This document shows, piece by piece, positions 19,939-28,972 of a DNA stretch of 64,000 nucleotides (position 1 is its first letter; every line of letters begins with the position of its first letter). The stretch lies in assembly GCF_053078305.1 (NCBI RefSeq), contig NZ_CP166879.1. The stretch is one strand, 5' to 3'. Below the pieces are notes generated by a model. The model saw only the letters and a list, made by a program, of their open reading frames with translations. It was not told the DNA's origin and did no database searches. Both the position numbers and the translations under genes were made by a program.

Positions 19939-20439
19939 ATGCCAAAACTCCCCGCACCACTGCGTAAAAAGCTGATTGCCCTTGTTCTGGCCGGTGCCGG
20001 GACGTTCACGATTGCCACGCATTACACCGGTTACTGGGAAGGGAAAGAAAACTCCACGTATATCGATCCCACCGGTACACCCACCATCTGTTACGGCCAT
20101 ACCGGCCCGGATGTGAAACCGGGTATGACCCTGACAGATGAAGAATGCCTGGAACTACTGGAAAAGGACATGAAATGGGCCTTTGCGGCCATTGATCGGC
20201 GTGTTCAGGTGCCGCTTACCCGTGGTCAGACGGTGGCGCTGGCTTCGTGGATCTTCTGGGCCGGTGAAACGAACTTTCGCAACTCCACGCTTCTGCGCCT
20301 GATCAATGCCGGGCAGATGCCCGCGTCCTGTAAGCAGTATATCCGCTGGATTTATTCAAAGGGGGTGAAACTTCCCGGCCTTGAGGCCCGCCGTTCGGCG
20401 GATGAATGGTTATGTCGCTACGACTTGCCGAAAGTCTGA
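19939..20439 (+). CDS. endolysin (T4-lysozyme-like muramidase) with probable N-terminal SAR signal-anchor
   Basis: 166 aa; weakly hydrophobic Gly/Ala-rich N-terminus LIALVLAGAGTFTIA then catalytic region; position as Mu lys. Confidence 0.75.
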   Translation: MPKLPAPLRKKLIALVLAGAGTFTIATHYTGYWEGKENSTYIDPTGTPTICYGHTGPDVKPGMTLTDEECLELLEKDMKWAFAAIDRRVQVPLTRGQTVALASWIFWAGETNFRNSTLLRLINAGQMPASCKQYIRWIYSKGVKLPGLEARRSADEWLCRYDLPKV

Positions 20440-20902
20440 ACCGCTTCTGGCGACCGCTCATGATAGCGCTGCTGTGTGCGGTACTGCTGTTACGGGGTGT
20501 CCTGTGGCTGCGGTGAATAACGCCTTACCGGCCCTGATTGCCGGGGCGTGCATGGCGGCGCTGGGGACTATCGCTGTACTGGTTGCCGCGATATGGGGAA
20601 TGCACCAGAAGACGCAGCGCCTTGAAGACAATAATCAGGTGCTTGTGCGTGAGCGGGATGAGGCGCGTCAGGTGCTGGCAAATCAGCAGCACACCCTGCA
20701 ACTCATTTCACAAATCAGTGAGGCGGCCACGAATGAAAAGCAACAGAACATTCAGCACAGCGAGGAGCAGCAGAGCGTTGTCCGCCGGTCGCTGGCAGCA
20801 GTGCCTGCGGCCTCTGTCCCTGTTCCTGATGATGTGGCTGACCGGGTGCGCCGGGCCGTCTGTGAAATACGTGCCTGTGAAGCCGGTGCCGATCCCCGCT
20901 GA
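20402..20902 (+). CDS. i-spanin (Rz-like); start codon ambiguous (ATG 20402 or GTG 20513)
   Basis: TM segment ALPALIAGACMAALGTIAVLVAAIW followed by Q/E-rich coiled-coil; overlaps endolysin end. Confidence 0.55.
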   Translation: MNGYVATTCRKSEPLLATAHDSAAVCGTAVTGCPVAAVNNALPALIAGACMAALGTIAVLVAAIWGMHQKTQRLEDNNQVLVRERDEARQVLANQQHTLQLISQISEAATNEKQQNIQHSEEQQSVVRRSLAAVPAASVPVPDDVADRVRRAVCEIRACEAGADPR

Positions 20903-21104
20903 ATGGCTGGCTGACTGCCTGGTCCCTCCTGCGCCGGAGCCGTTCACGTTTGGGGCATCGGTCACTTACAACCTGCAACTGCTGGCGGTGATCAAGAACT
21001 GCAACGTGGATAAGGCCAGTATTCGTCGTCTGGAGGCGCGGCGACAACATGAATTTACTGATATGGCCGGAACGCCTGCTGTTCCGGCAGGAAAGACGAA
21101 GTAA
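20733..21104 (+). CDS. o-spanin (Rz1-like outer-membrane lipoprotein), out-of-frame overlap with i-spanin
   Basis: lipobox LTGC after hydrophobic stretch; Pro-rich mature region VKYVPVKPVPIPAEW...VPPAPEP; starts inside i-spanin in another frame. Confidence 0.5.
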   Translation: MKSNRTFSTARSSRALSAGRWQQCLRPLSLFLMMWLTGCAGPSVKYVPVKPVPIPAEWLADCLVPPAPEPFTFGASVTYNLQLLAVIKNCNVDKASIRRLEARRQHEFTDMAGTPAVPAGKTK

Positions 21105-21114
21105 GGAAAAAGGT

Positions 21115-21342
21115 ATGGATGATTCAGATCGTGCTCAGGCTGTGATGGAGCGGGGATCAGAACGCGCCCTTTGTAACCGGCTGACACGTAAGCGCCGGGC
21201 AGTGGATGCTCCGGGCAGACGTGTCTGCGCGGACTGTGGCGGAGAGATCCCCGCCGCACGTCTTGTTGCTGTGCCGGATGCCATCCGTTGTGTGAACTGC
21301 CAGAACATCATGGAGGCCCGTCATGTGGGTCAGCATCGTTAA
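21115..21342 (+). CDS. TraR/DksA-family C4 zinc-finger protein
   Basis: ~75 aa from Met MDDSDRAQ; CxxC...CxxC (CADCGGEI...CVNCQN). Confidence 0.6.
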   Translation: MDDSDRAQAVMERGSERALCNRLTRKRRAVDAPGRRVCADCGGEIPAARLVAVPDAIRCVNCQNIMEARHVGQHR

Positions 21343-21631
21343 AGATTATGTTGTGCCGATCCTTTCGGCGACGGCAACCGCTGGCGGGATATTCATGGCG
21401 CTGATGCGCAAAACGTTTGTCCCCCGCGAGGCCTTTGAAAAACTCTCCGACCGCGTTGAGAAGGTGGAAACCCGTCTGTCGTCACTGCCGACAGAAGCCG
21501 AGGTCAACCGTCTGAATGTGGAAATCGTGACCCTGCGGGGTGAACTGAAAACCACGAACGCCACGCTCCGCTCTGTCTCCTATCAGAACGAACTGCTGCT
21601 GGAGCAGGCTGTAAGGAAAAAAACGCAATGA
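21323..21631 (+). CDS. small membrane protein with coiled-coil (possible lysis accessory / releasin-like)
   Basis: 102 aa; N-terminal TM VVPILSATATAGGIFMAL then heptad-rich region; function is inference. Confidence 0.4.
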   Translation: MWVSIVKDYVVPILSATATAGGIFMALMRKTFVPREAFEKLSDRVEKVETRLSSLPTEAEVNRLNVEIVTLRGELKTTNATLRSVSYQNELLLEQAVRKKTQ

Positions 21632-21918
21632 GTGATTTCATTACTGAAGATCAGCGTCTGGTCATTCTGCGGTCGCTGGCAGATTACAACGGTGAACTGG
21701 GTGAATCCGTGCTCCAGGACTGTCTGGATGATTACGGCCACCGCGTGTCCCGCGACACCGTTCACACCCACATTGCCTGGCTTGCCGAGCAGGGACTGGT
21801 GCGCAAACGTGTTCTGATTAACGGTTATTTCATCGCAGAGCTGACCGGCCGGGGGCAGGATGTGGCGGAAGGCCGCGCCAGTGTTCCGGGTGTGAAGAAA
21901 CCACGCGCAAGGGGGTAA
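21628..21918 (+). CDS. Mu gp26-like small protein
   Basis: 96-aa ORF immediately upstream of small terminase. Confidence 0.4.
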   Translation: MSDFITEDQRLVILRSLADYNGELGESVLQDCLDDYGHRVSRDTVHTHIAWLAEQGLVRKRVLINGYFIAELTGRGQDVAEGRASVPGVKKPRARG

Positions 21919-21920
21919 CG

Positions 21921-22502
21921 ATGGACAAGCCGACGCGTGGTCGTGTACGCAAGGTGGATTTGCTCCCCGACAGTATCCGTAAGCCGCTGCTGGAAATGCT
22001 GCGTGAAAAACGTCTGACGCAGGTCCAGATCCGCGAGGAAATCAACCGTCTGATCCGTGAGGCGGGCCTGCCGGAAGAGCAGCAGCTTTCACCGGCGGCC
22101 ATCAGCCGGGAAGCCTCCCGTAATGAGCTGATTGCCCGTAACCTGCGTGATTTACGCGAGCAGACAAAAGCCATGATGGCCGAACTGGGGGACAAGCCGA
22201 CCGGTGAAACCACTGCACTGATTCTGGAGATGTCCCGCGCCCTGATGTACCGCCGTCTGCGTGCCGCCACCGAATCCCTGAACAGCGACAGCGACGTGGA
22301 TATGCGTCTTATTAAGGACATCCTCCTGTCAGCACAGCGTGCGGAAAGTGCCGCCGAGCGCAGCATTAAGCGTGAAAAAGAAATCCGGGCTGCATTTGCT
22401 GAAGAGATGGCAAACGCCGTCACCGACGAGCTGCGCGGCGTGGACGGGATGAGTGAACAGCTTGAGTCCCGTATTAAGGGGATTCTGTTGGGTAAAGCCT
22501 GA
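21921..22502 (+). CDS. terminase small subunit-like protein (Mu gp27 family)
   Basis: 193 aa; directly precedes and overlaps large terminase start. Confidence 0.65.
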   Translation: MDKPTRGRVRKVDLLPDSIRKPLLEMLREKRLTQVQIREEINRLIREAGLPEEQQLSPAAISREASRNELIARNLRDLREQTKAMMAELGDKPTGETTALILEMSRALMYRRLRAATESLNSDSDVDMRLIKDILLSAQRAESAAERSIKREKEIRAAFAEEMANAVTDELRGVDGMSEQLESRIKGILLGKA

Positions 22503-24166
22503 TGAATAACGCCGAAGAACGCTCACCCTTACTGACGAATACCGTCTCCACCCGCAAAATTGATCTGGCCGGTGAAAAAGCCCTGCTGGGCGTGGATGTG
22601 CCGGACAGCCTTGATTTGCCCGGTGATATGCCGGTGTTTCTGGATTATCAGGCCCGCTGGTTTGAGGATGAAAGCGAGGTCTGCATCGCGGAAAAATCCC
22701 GCCGCACCGGGCTTACCTGGGCGGAAGCCGGGCGTAACGTCATTACCGCTGCAAAACCGAAGCGGCGTGGTGGCCGCAATGTGTTTTATGTGGGGTCAAA
22801 GCAGGAGATGGCGCTGGAATATATTTCTGCCTGTGCATTGTTCTCCCGTGCCTTTAACCAGCTGGCCGATGCTGATGTGTATGAGCAGACCTTCTGGGAT
22901 CGGGATAAAAAAGAAGAAATTCTGACCTACATGATCCGCTTTCCGAACAGTGGATTCAAAATTCAGGCGCTGTCTTCCCGTCCGTCAAACCTGCGCGGCC
23001 TTCAGGGGGATGTGGTGATTGATGAAGCCGCGTTCCACGAGTCGCTGGATGAACTTCTCAAGGCGGCAATGGCGCTTACCATGTGGGGCGCGCGCGTGCG
23101 TATTATCTCCACGCATAACGGCGTCGATAATCTGTTTAATCAGTACATTCAGGAAGCCCGCGAGGGGCGCAAGGATTACAGCGTCCACCGCATTACCCTG
23201 GATGATGCCATTACGGACGGGTTGTACCGTCGTATCTGTTATGTCACCGGCCGCGAATGGTCACCGGAAAGCGAGCAGAAGTGGCGTGATGATCTCTACA
23301 AAAACGCCCCGACCCGTGAGGATGCCGACGAGGAATACGGCTGTATCCCGAAAAAATCCGGCGGTGCCTATATTCCTCACGCACTTATTGAAATGGCGAT
23401 GATCCGCGACATCCCGATTCTGACGTTTGAAGCCCCGGACGACTTCATCAGCCGTGCCGCATGGCTGCGTGAATCGGAAGTTTTAACCTGGTGTGAAGAA
23501 CATTTAAAACCGCTTTTAGAGGCGTTAAATCCCCGTTCCCGCTTCAGCTTCGGGGAAGACTTTGCCCGCACCGGTGACCTGTCCTGCTTTGTGCTGCTGG
23601 AAATCACTGAATCCCTGGCAAAACGCGAGGTGTTTCGCGTGGAGCTGCGCAACCTGCCGTATGCCCAGCAGGAGCAGGTGATGATGTACATCCTGACCCG
23701 CGTTCCGGCGCTGGTCGGTGCGGCGTTCGACGCCACCGGTAACGGCGGCTATCTGGCCGAAGCCGCGCTGCTGGCCTTTGGCCCGGACATCATCGACTGC
23801 GTGATGTTATCGCCGAAGTGGTACGGCGAGTGGATGCCAAAACTGAAGGCCGAGTTTGAAGATCAGAATATCCTCGTCGCCCGCCATCAGACCACGCTTG
23901 ATGATTTGCGCCATGTGAAGATGGTGAACGGTATCCCGCAAATCGACAAGGGGCGCACGAAGGACCAGAACGCAACGGCTGTGAACGCCCGCCGCCATGG
24001 CGATTTTGCCGTGGCGCTCTGTATGGCAAACCGGGCGTCATACATGGAGGGCTTCATCCTGGATGAATCAGCCTGTCAGGCGCTGCCGGAGCGGTCGCGG
24101 GCAATGGAGGGCGGTTATCGTGATGACGATGAGGCATATCATGAATTTGATCGGGGGTGCTGGTAG
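22502..24166 (+). CDS. terminase large subunit
   Basis: 554 aa; ATPase and nuclease regions; position before portal. Confidence 0.85.
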   Translation: MNNAEERSPLLTNTVSTRKIDLAGEKALLGVDVPDSLDLPGDMPVFLDYQARWFEDESEVCIAEKSRRTGLTWAEAGRNVITAAKPKRRGGRNVFYVGSKQEMALEYISACALFSRAFNQLADADVYEQTFWDRDKKEEILTYMIRFPNSGFKIQALSSRPSNLRGLQGDVVIDEAAFHESLDELLKAAMALTMWGARVRIISTHNGVDNLFNQYIQEAREGRKDYSVHRITLDDAITDGLYRRICYVTGREWSPESEQKWRDDLYKNAPTREDADEEYGCIPKKSGGAYIPHALIEMAMIRDIPILTFEAPDDFISRAAWLRESEVLTWCEEHLKPLLEALNPRSRFSFGEDFARTGDLSCFVLLEITESLAKREVFRVELRNLPYAQQEQVMMYILTRVPALVGAAFDATGNGGYLAEAALLAFGPDIIDCVMLSPKWYGEWMPKLKAEFEDQNILVARHQTTLDDLRHVKMVNGIPQIDKGRTKDQNATAVNARRHGDFAVALCMANRASYMEGFILDESACQALPERSRAMEGGYRDDDEAYHEFDRGCW

Positions 24167-25755
24167 TGGGACGCATAATTGATCTTGACGGAAAACCTTT
24201 CTCCTTTGACCCGGAGATGCAGAGTGCCGTGCTGGATATTCCGCAGATTGCCAGCCGTTATATTGAGCATCCGGCCTCGGGTATCACCCCGAACCGGGCG
24301 GCACAGTGCCTTCGCGGGGCTGAACGTGGCGATCTGATTGCCCAGTCCGATCTGGCCGCTGACATTGAAGAAAAGGATACCCATCTTTTTGCAGAGCTGG
24401 GCAAGCGACGTCTTGCCATTCAGGGGGTGCCCTGGAGTATTGAGCCGCCCCCGAACGCCAGCGCGAATGAGAAAAAGGACGCGGAAATGCTCGACGAATA
24501 CCTGCATTCCGCCGACTGGTTTGATGCCATGCTGTTTGATGCCACCGATGCCATCCTGAAAGGCTATTCCTGCATGGAGATTGAGCACGGGATGCTCGGT
24601 AAAATGCACATCATCCGCGCCATCCGCTGGCGTGACAGCGGGCATTTCTGCCTTAACCCGGATGATTTGAGCGAACTGCGGCTGCGTGACGGCAGCCATG
24701 CCGGGGTGGCGTTTCAGCCCTTTGGCTGGATAGTGCATCAGTCACGTTCACGCACCGGTTACGGCGGCGCAACAGGGCTTGTCAGAACGCTTATCTGGCC
24801 GTTCATTTTCAAAAACTATTCCGTGCGCGATCTGGCTGAATTTCTGGAGGTGTACGGCCTGCCGATGAAGGTCGGTAAATACCCGTCCGGGGCAACACCG
24901 GAGCAGAAAAGCGCCCTGATGCGGGCGGTGATGGATATCGGGCGACGTACAGGCGGGATCATCCCGGCCGGGATGTCGCTGGAGTTTCAGGCAGCCGCGA
25001 ACGGTCAGGCCGATCCGTTTGAAACCATGATTTCGTGGGGGGAGCGTTCCATCTCCAAAGCAATACTCGGCGGCACGCTGACCACGGAAGCCGGAGACAA
25101 AGGCGCGCGCTCGCTGGGTGAAGTGCATAACGAGGTGCGCCGGGAAATCAGGGATTCTGATTTACGCCAGCTGGCCGCCACGCTGAACCGCGATCTGGTG
25201 TATCCGCTGTATGCCCTGAACACCGCCCACGCCATTGATATCCGTCGCCTGCCGCGTATCTGTTTCCAGACAAAAGAGCCGGGGGATATCACCAAAATCA
25301 CCAGTGCGGTGATGCAGCTCAGTACGGGGATGGATATTCCTGATCCCTGGATAAGGGAGCAGACCGGTATTCCGCAGCCCACGCCCGGTGAAGCCATCTT
25401 CCGTGTCCGTCAGAGTGGAAATGAACCTGCTCAGACAGACAAAGAGATGCCACCGGAAAAACAGGAGAAGACAGAGCAGACAGCGCTGGCTGCCAGACTG
25501 CCGGAAGCGAAAAGCAGCCCCCGTGATGAACTGGACGACATGGGGGATGCGGTGCCTGCCCGCCGGTTACAGGAGGCCATCGACCCGCTACTGGAGCCGG
25601 TCATTGATGCCATCAGAACGCGGGGGCTGGCGGAGGCACTGGCAGACCTGCCCGCCCTTTACCGTGAAATGGATGATTCCCGCCTGATGACGCTGCTCAG
25701 TGATGCCATGTTTGCTGCGGAAATGAAGGGGATGCTGGATGGCACAGGGGATTGA
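24157..25755 (+). CDS. portal protein (Mu gp29 family)
   Basis: 532 aa; position between terminase and F. Confidence 0.85.
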   Translation: MLVVGRIIDLDGKPFSFDPEMQSAVLDIPQIASRYIEHPASGITPNRAAQCLRGAERGDLIAQSDLAADIEEKDTHLFAELGKRRLAIQGVPWSIEPPPNASANEKKDAEMLDEYLHSADWFDAMLFDATDAILKGYSCMEIEHGMLGKMHIIRAIRWRDSGHFCLNPDDLSELRLRDGSHAGVAFQPFGWIVHQSRSRTGYGGATGLVRTLIWPFIFKNYSVRDLAEFLEVYGLPMKVGKYPSGATPEQKSALMRAVMDIGRRTGGIIPAGMSLEFQAAANGQADPFETMISWGERSISKAILGGTLTTEAGDKGARSLGEVHNEVRREIRDSDLRQLAATLNRDLVYPLYALNTAHAIDIRRLPRICFQTKEPGDITKITSAVMQLSTGMDIPDPWIREQTGIPQPTPGEAIFRVRQSGNEPAQTDKEMPPEKQEKTEQTALAARLPEAKSSPRDELDDMGDAVPARRLQEAIDPLLEPVIDAIRTRGLAEALADLPALYREMDDSRLMTLLSDAMFAAEMKGMLDGTGD

Positions 25756-27064
25756 TTTAGGTTATGCCGCCACCCTTCCCTCAAAAGAGGCGGTGGCATA
25801 CTTCCGCGCCAAAGGGGCGCATATCAGCTGGAACTGGTTCGAAACAGACGCGGATGTTCATGCCCGTTCATTCACGGCGGCAAAAGCGGCACGCCTGGAC
25901 GTACTGACTACACTACAGGCGGAAGTGCAACGGGCTATTGATGAGGGGATTTCACAGAAAGCATTTATCCGCACACTGACCCCCCGCCTGCAAAAGCTGG
26001 GATGGTGGGGAAAGCAGATTGTGGTGGACAGCGCTGGTAACGCAGAAGAAGTGCAGCTGGGCAGTCCCCGCCGTCTGGCGCTGATTTACAACGTGAACAC
26101 CCGCGTGGCTTACAATGCCGGGCGTTACACGCAGATGATGAACAACACGGACACGCATCCGTTCTGGCAGTATGTGGCGGTGATGGACAGCCGCACCCGC
26201 CCGGCGCATTCCGCCCTTAACGGGCTGGTATTCCGCTATGACGATCCGTTCTGGAAAACACACTACCCGCCCAATGGCTGGAACTGCCGCTGCCGTGTCC
26301 GGCCATTGTCTCAGGCCCGTCTGGATGCGATGGGGCTGTCTGTTTCATCCGGTCAGGATCATCTCTCCACCCGCAATGTTGAGGCTGGCGTGGATAAGCA
26401 GACCGGGGAAGTCAGAGAAATGCCGGTGACCACATATTCAGATGGCACCAGAACCATGACACCGGATGTGGGCTGGTCATATAACCCCGGTTCGGCGGCG
26501 TTCGGCACAGACCAGGCGCTGATCCGTAAACTGATCGAGGTGAAAAGCCCGGCGTTACGGGAAATGGTGGTTCAGGAGATGAACAACAGCCCGGAGCGGC
26601 AGCTGGCGTTCCGCATCTGGGCAAAAAACATCATGAAAACCCGGCGAGGCGGTAACGATATCCGCACGCTGGGCTTTATGACCGAAAGTATTGCGCAGGC
26701 GGTGGAAAGCCGGACGGGAACGCCACCGGCCCGCCTGCTGGCGATGAGCGGTAAAAATGTGCTCCATGCGGACAGCGTGAAACATCAGAATGACGGTATC
26801 GCCCTGACGCCGGAGGATTTCGCGCAGTTTCCCGCCATGCTGGCTGCCCCCGATGCCGTGCTGTGGGATCATGTCCATCAGAACTTGCTTTACATCACTG
26901 AAACCCGTGACGGAACGGCAAAGATTGCCGTCAATGCGCCTTATAGTGTGAAACGTCAGCCGGATAAGCTGGATGTGGTGATTAATGCCTATAGAGTGAG
27001 CAGGAATACTCTGATTGATGCTGTTCAGGGAGGTAAGATGGAGATCCTCGAAGGGAAATTGTAA
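25739..27064 (+). CDS. Mu F-like head morphogenesis protein
   Basis: 441 aa; position after portal; size as Mu gpF. Confidence 0.8.
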   Translation: MAQGIDLGYAATLPSKEAVAYFRAKGAHISWNWFETDADVHARSFTAAKAARLDVLTTLQAEVQRAIDEGISQKAFIRTLTPRLQKLGWWGKQIVVDSAGNAEEVQLGSPRRLALIYNVNTRVAYNAGRYTQMMNNTDTHPFWQYVAVMDSRTRPAHSALNGLVFRYDDPFWKTHYPPNGWNCRCRVRPLSQARLDAMGLSVSSGQDHLSTRNVEAGVDKQTGEVREMPVTTYSDGTRTMTPDVGWSYNPGSAAFGTDQALIRKLIEVKSPALREMVVQEMNNSPERQLAFRIWAKNIMKTRRGGNDIRTLGFMTESIAQAVESRTGTPPARLLAMSGKNVLHADSVKHQNDGIALTPEDFAQFPAMLAAPDAVLWDHVHQNLLYITETRDGTAKIAVNAPYSVKRQPDKLDVVINAYRVSRNTLIDAVQGGKMEILEGKL

Positions 27065-27151
27065 GTCGGTGGTGGGGGTCGAACCCACATAAACATCCTT
27101 CGGGTGAAGATATCCCTCAGGTGCCGCTTTACCAGTTAAGAGTACACCGAC
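27065..27151 (-). tRNA. degenerate tRNA-Leu-like element (anticodon-loop GAG), no encoded CCA
   Basis: minus strand: 7-bp acceptor stem GTCGGTG/CACCGAC, consensus T-arm GTGGG-TTCGACC-CCCAC adjacent to acceptor 3' strand, U8, loop CTGAGGG with U33, ~20-nt variable region; D and anticodon stems imperfect. Confidence 0.4.
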
Positions 27152-27189
27152 CTGCTTTTATTTTAACCAGGTAGTTTCACGGAGGCAAT

Positions 27190-27663
27190 ATGTCATCCAT
27201 TGATGCCGCTGTCGTTGTTGACGTTACGCGTCTCCAGCGGGTCTTTGCCCGGCTTCAGTTTGTGGGTGGTGGAAAAGACCTGGCCCGCAGTGTGGCGGCG
27301 AGTCTTCTGTCATCGTCAGAAATGGCGTTTGAACAGGAAAAAGAGCCGGACGGCGAACGCTGGCATGACTGGTCAGATCCTTACCGCAAGTGGCGTACCC
27401 GTAAGGGATACATGCCCGGCAAAATCCTGACGCTGAACGGCGATCTGGCCCGACGCCTGACCACGGATTATGGAGATACCTGGGCGCTGATTGGATCAAA
27501 TGAGCCTTATGCGGCCATTCATCAGTGGGGTGGCCTGCCAGGTATGCCGCCTGGACCGGCGGCCATTGGTGCACGTCCGTATATGGGCTTTGATCAGGTG
27601 GCAGAGCAGGAGATCATGGACGAAATCAGAAAACGCTTTAAAAAGGCCACAGAAACGCCTTAA
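27190..27663 (+). CDS. virion morphogenesis protein (Mu G family)
   Basis: 157 aa; position after F. Confidence 0.7.
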   Translation: MSSIDAAVVVDVTRLQRVFARLQFVGGGKDLARSVAASLLSSSEMAFEQEKEPDGERWHDWSDPYRKWRTRKGYMPGKILTLNGDLARRLTTDYGDTWALIGSNEPYAAIHQWGGLPGMPPGPAAIGARPYMGFDQVAEQEIMDEIRKRFKKATETP

Positions 27664-27838
27664 TTGTTTAAGGTATGCAAATGCATTACCTTACCCCCTT
27701 CAGGCGCGTGTCGTGATTTTCTAACCTGTATTTAACGGGCTTTAAAATCTGCGTGAAGCGCCTTTGCATTTTTCCCTGAAAATACTTCCTGAAATCCCGC
27801 AAAACCCGCCCTGAAAATTCCCGGCTTATGCTGCCGGT
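27664..27838 (+). promoter_or_regulatory. candidate C-dependent late promoter region upstream of protease/scaffold gene (PI-like)
   Basis: 175-bp gap in otherwise tightly packed late genes; three direct CCTGAAA(A)T repeats and a near-palindrome GGTATGCAAATGCATTACC; Mu has a late promoter at this position. Confidence 0.35.
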
Positions 27839-28972
27839 ATGAAGACAGAAAATCACCCAAAAGACGCAAATCGCCCCTCTGGTTTAGCCGTGCTTTCAGC
27901 TTCGCTGACTGCATCCGGCGACGGATGGTGTCAGTTACTGCCAGCAGGCAGGGTAAAGGCCCGTGACGGTCGCCCGGAAAAACCGGCTGAAGGCTGGCTG
28001 ATTAACGAATCCGCCTGCAACCGGATGAAAGCCGGGCTTTCCGCCCTGAATCAGCCGTTACTGATTGATTATGACCATCACTCCATGAATGCGCGGAAAA
28101 ACGGATTCAAGGCCATTGCCGCAGGTTGGGTTAAGCCGGAAAACATCGAATGGCGTGAGGGTCAGGGGATTTTCATTAAACCTGAATGGACGCCGCAGGC
28201 CCAAAAACATATTGATGACCGTGAATATGCCTATCTGTCTGCGTATATGCATTATTTCGCTGACACCGGGGAACCCTACCTGTTGCGCATGGCTTCCCTG
28301 ACGAATGATCCAGGTATTACGGGTATGAACCCTGTCGCAGCACTCAGTGCTGACGATCTCTATGTAGTTTCCCCTTCTCAGGAGCAACACCCCATGAATG
28401 AGCAATTACGCCAGTTGCTGACGGCGCTCGGTCTGACCGTGGCTGATGGTGACGAATTTACGCCGGAGCTGGGCACGGCAGCGCTGTCTGCCCTCACCGG
28501 GATCAAAACCCGTGCGGATGCACACGACAACCTGAAAACACAGGTCGCCTGTCTGTCGGCAGAGCTGGAAACTGCAAAAGGCACACCGGCTGGCGGCAGT
28601 ATTGATCTGACGAAATACGTGCCCGTTGAAACGTATAACGCCCTGCGTACCGAATACGTTGCGCTGTCGGCGCAGCACGGCAGCACCACGCTGGAGCAGT
28701 TGCTGGACAAGGCCGAGTCCGAAGGACGCATCTTCAAAAGTGAACGCGGCTATCTGGAACAACTGGGCGGGCAGATTGGCGTGGCGGCACTTTCTGCACA
28801 GCTTGACGCCCGACAGCCGGTTGCGGCCCTGACCGGTCTTCAGACCGACACCGTGACCGTGCCGGATAAAAAGACTGCCACCGCTGTGCTGTCGGCTGAA
28901 GATATCGCGGCCGCCAAACTGCTGGGTAAAACCGAAGCCGAGTTCCTGAAAATGAAAGAGGAAATGCAATAA
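27839..28972 (+). CDS. head maturation protease / scaffold (Mu I family)
   Basis: 377 aa; N-terminal protease-like region, C-terminal helical Ala/Leu-rich scaffold-like region; order I-T. Confidence 0.8.
   Translation: MKTENHPKDANRPSGLAVLSASLTASGDGWCQLLPAGRVKARDGRPEKPAEGWLINESACNRMKAGLSALNQPLLIDYDHHSMNARKNGFKAIAAGWVKPENIEWREGQGIFIKPEWTPQAQKHIDDREYAYLSAYMHYFADTGEPYLLRMASLTNDPGITGMNPVAALSADDLYVVSPSQEQHPMNEQLRQLLTALGLTVADGDEFTPELGTAALSALTGIKTRADAHDNLKTQVACLSAELETAKGTPAGGSIDLTKYVPVETYNALRTEYVALSAQHGSTTLEQLLDKAESEGRIFKSERGYLEQLGGQIGVAALSAQLDARQPVAALTGLQTDTVTVPDKKTATAVLSAEDIAAAKLLGKTEAEFLKMKEEMQ

Noticed and set aside
21830-22423. 197-aa minus-strand ORF overlapping the small terminase gene
   Set aside because: Antisense to the small terminase; Arg/Ser-rich low-complexity translation typical of spurious frames.
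27065-27151. Reading the tRNA-like element on the plus strand
   Set aside because: On the plus strand the TTCGA-type loop sits next to the 5' acceptor strand and no T-arm precedes the 3' end; only the minus strand gives tRNA-like geometry.
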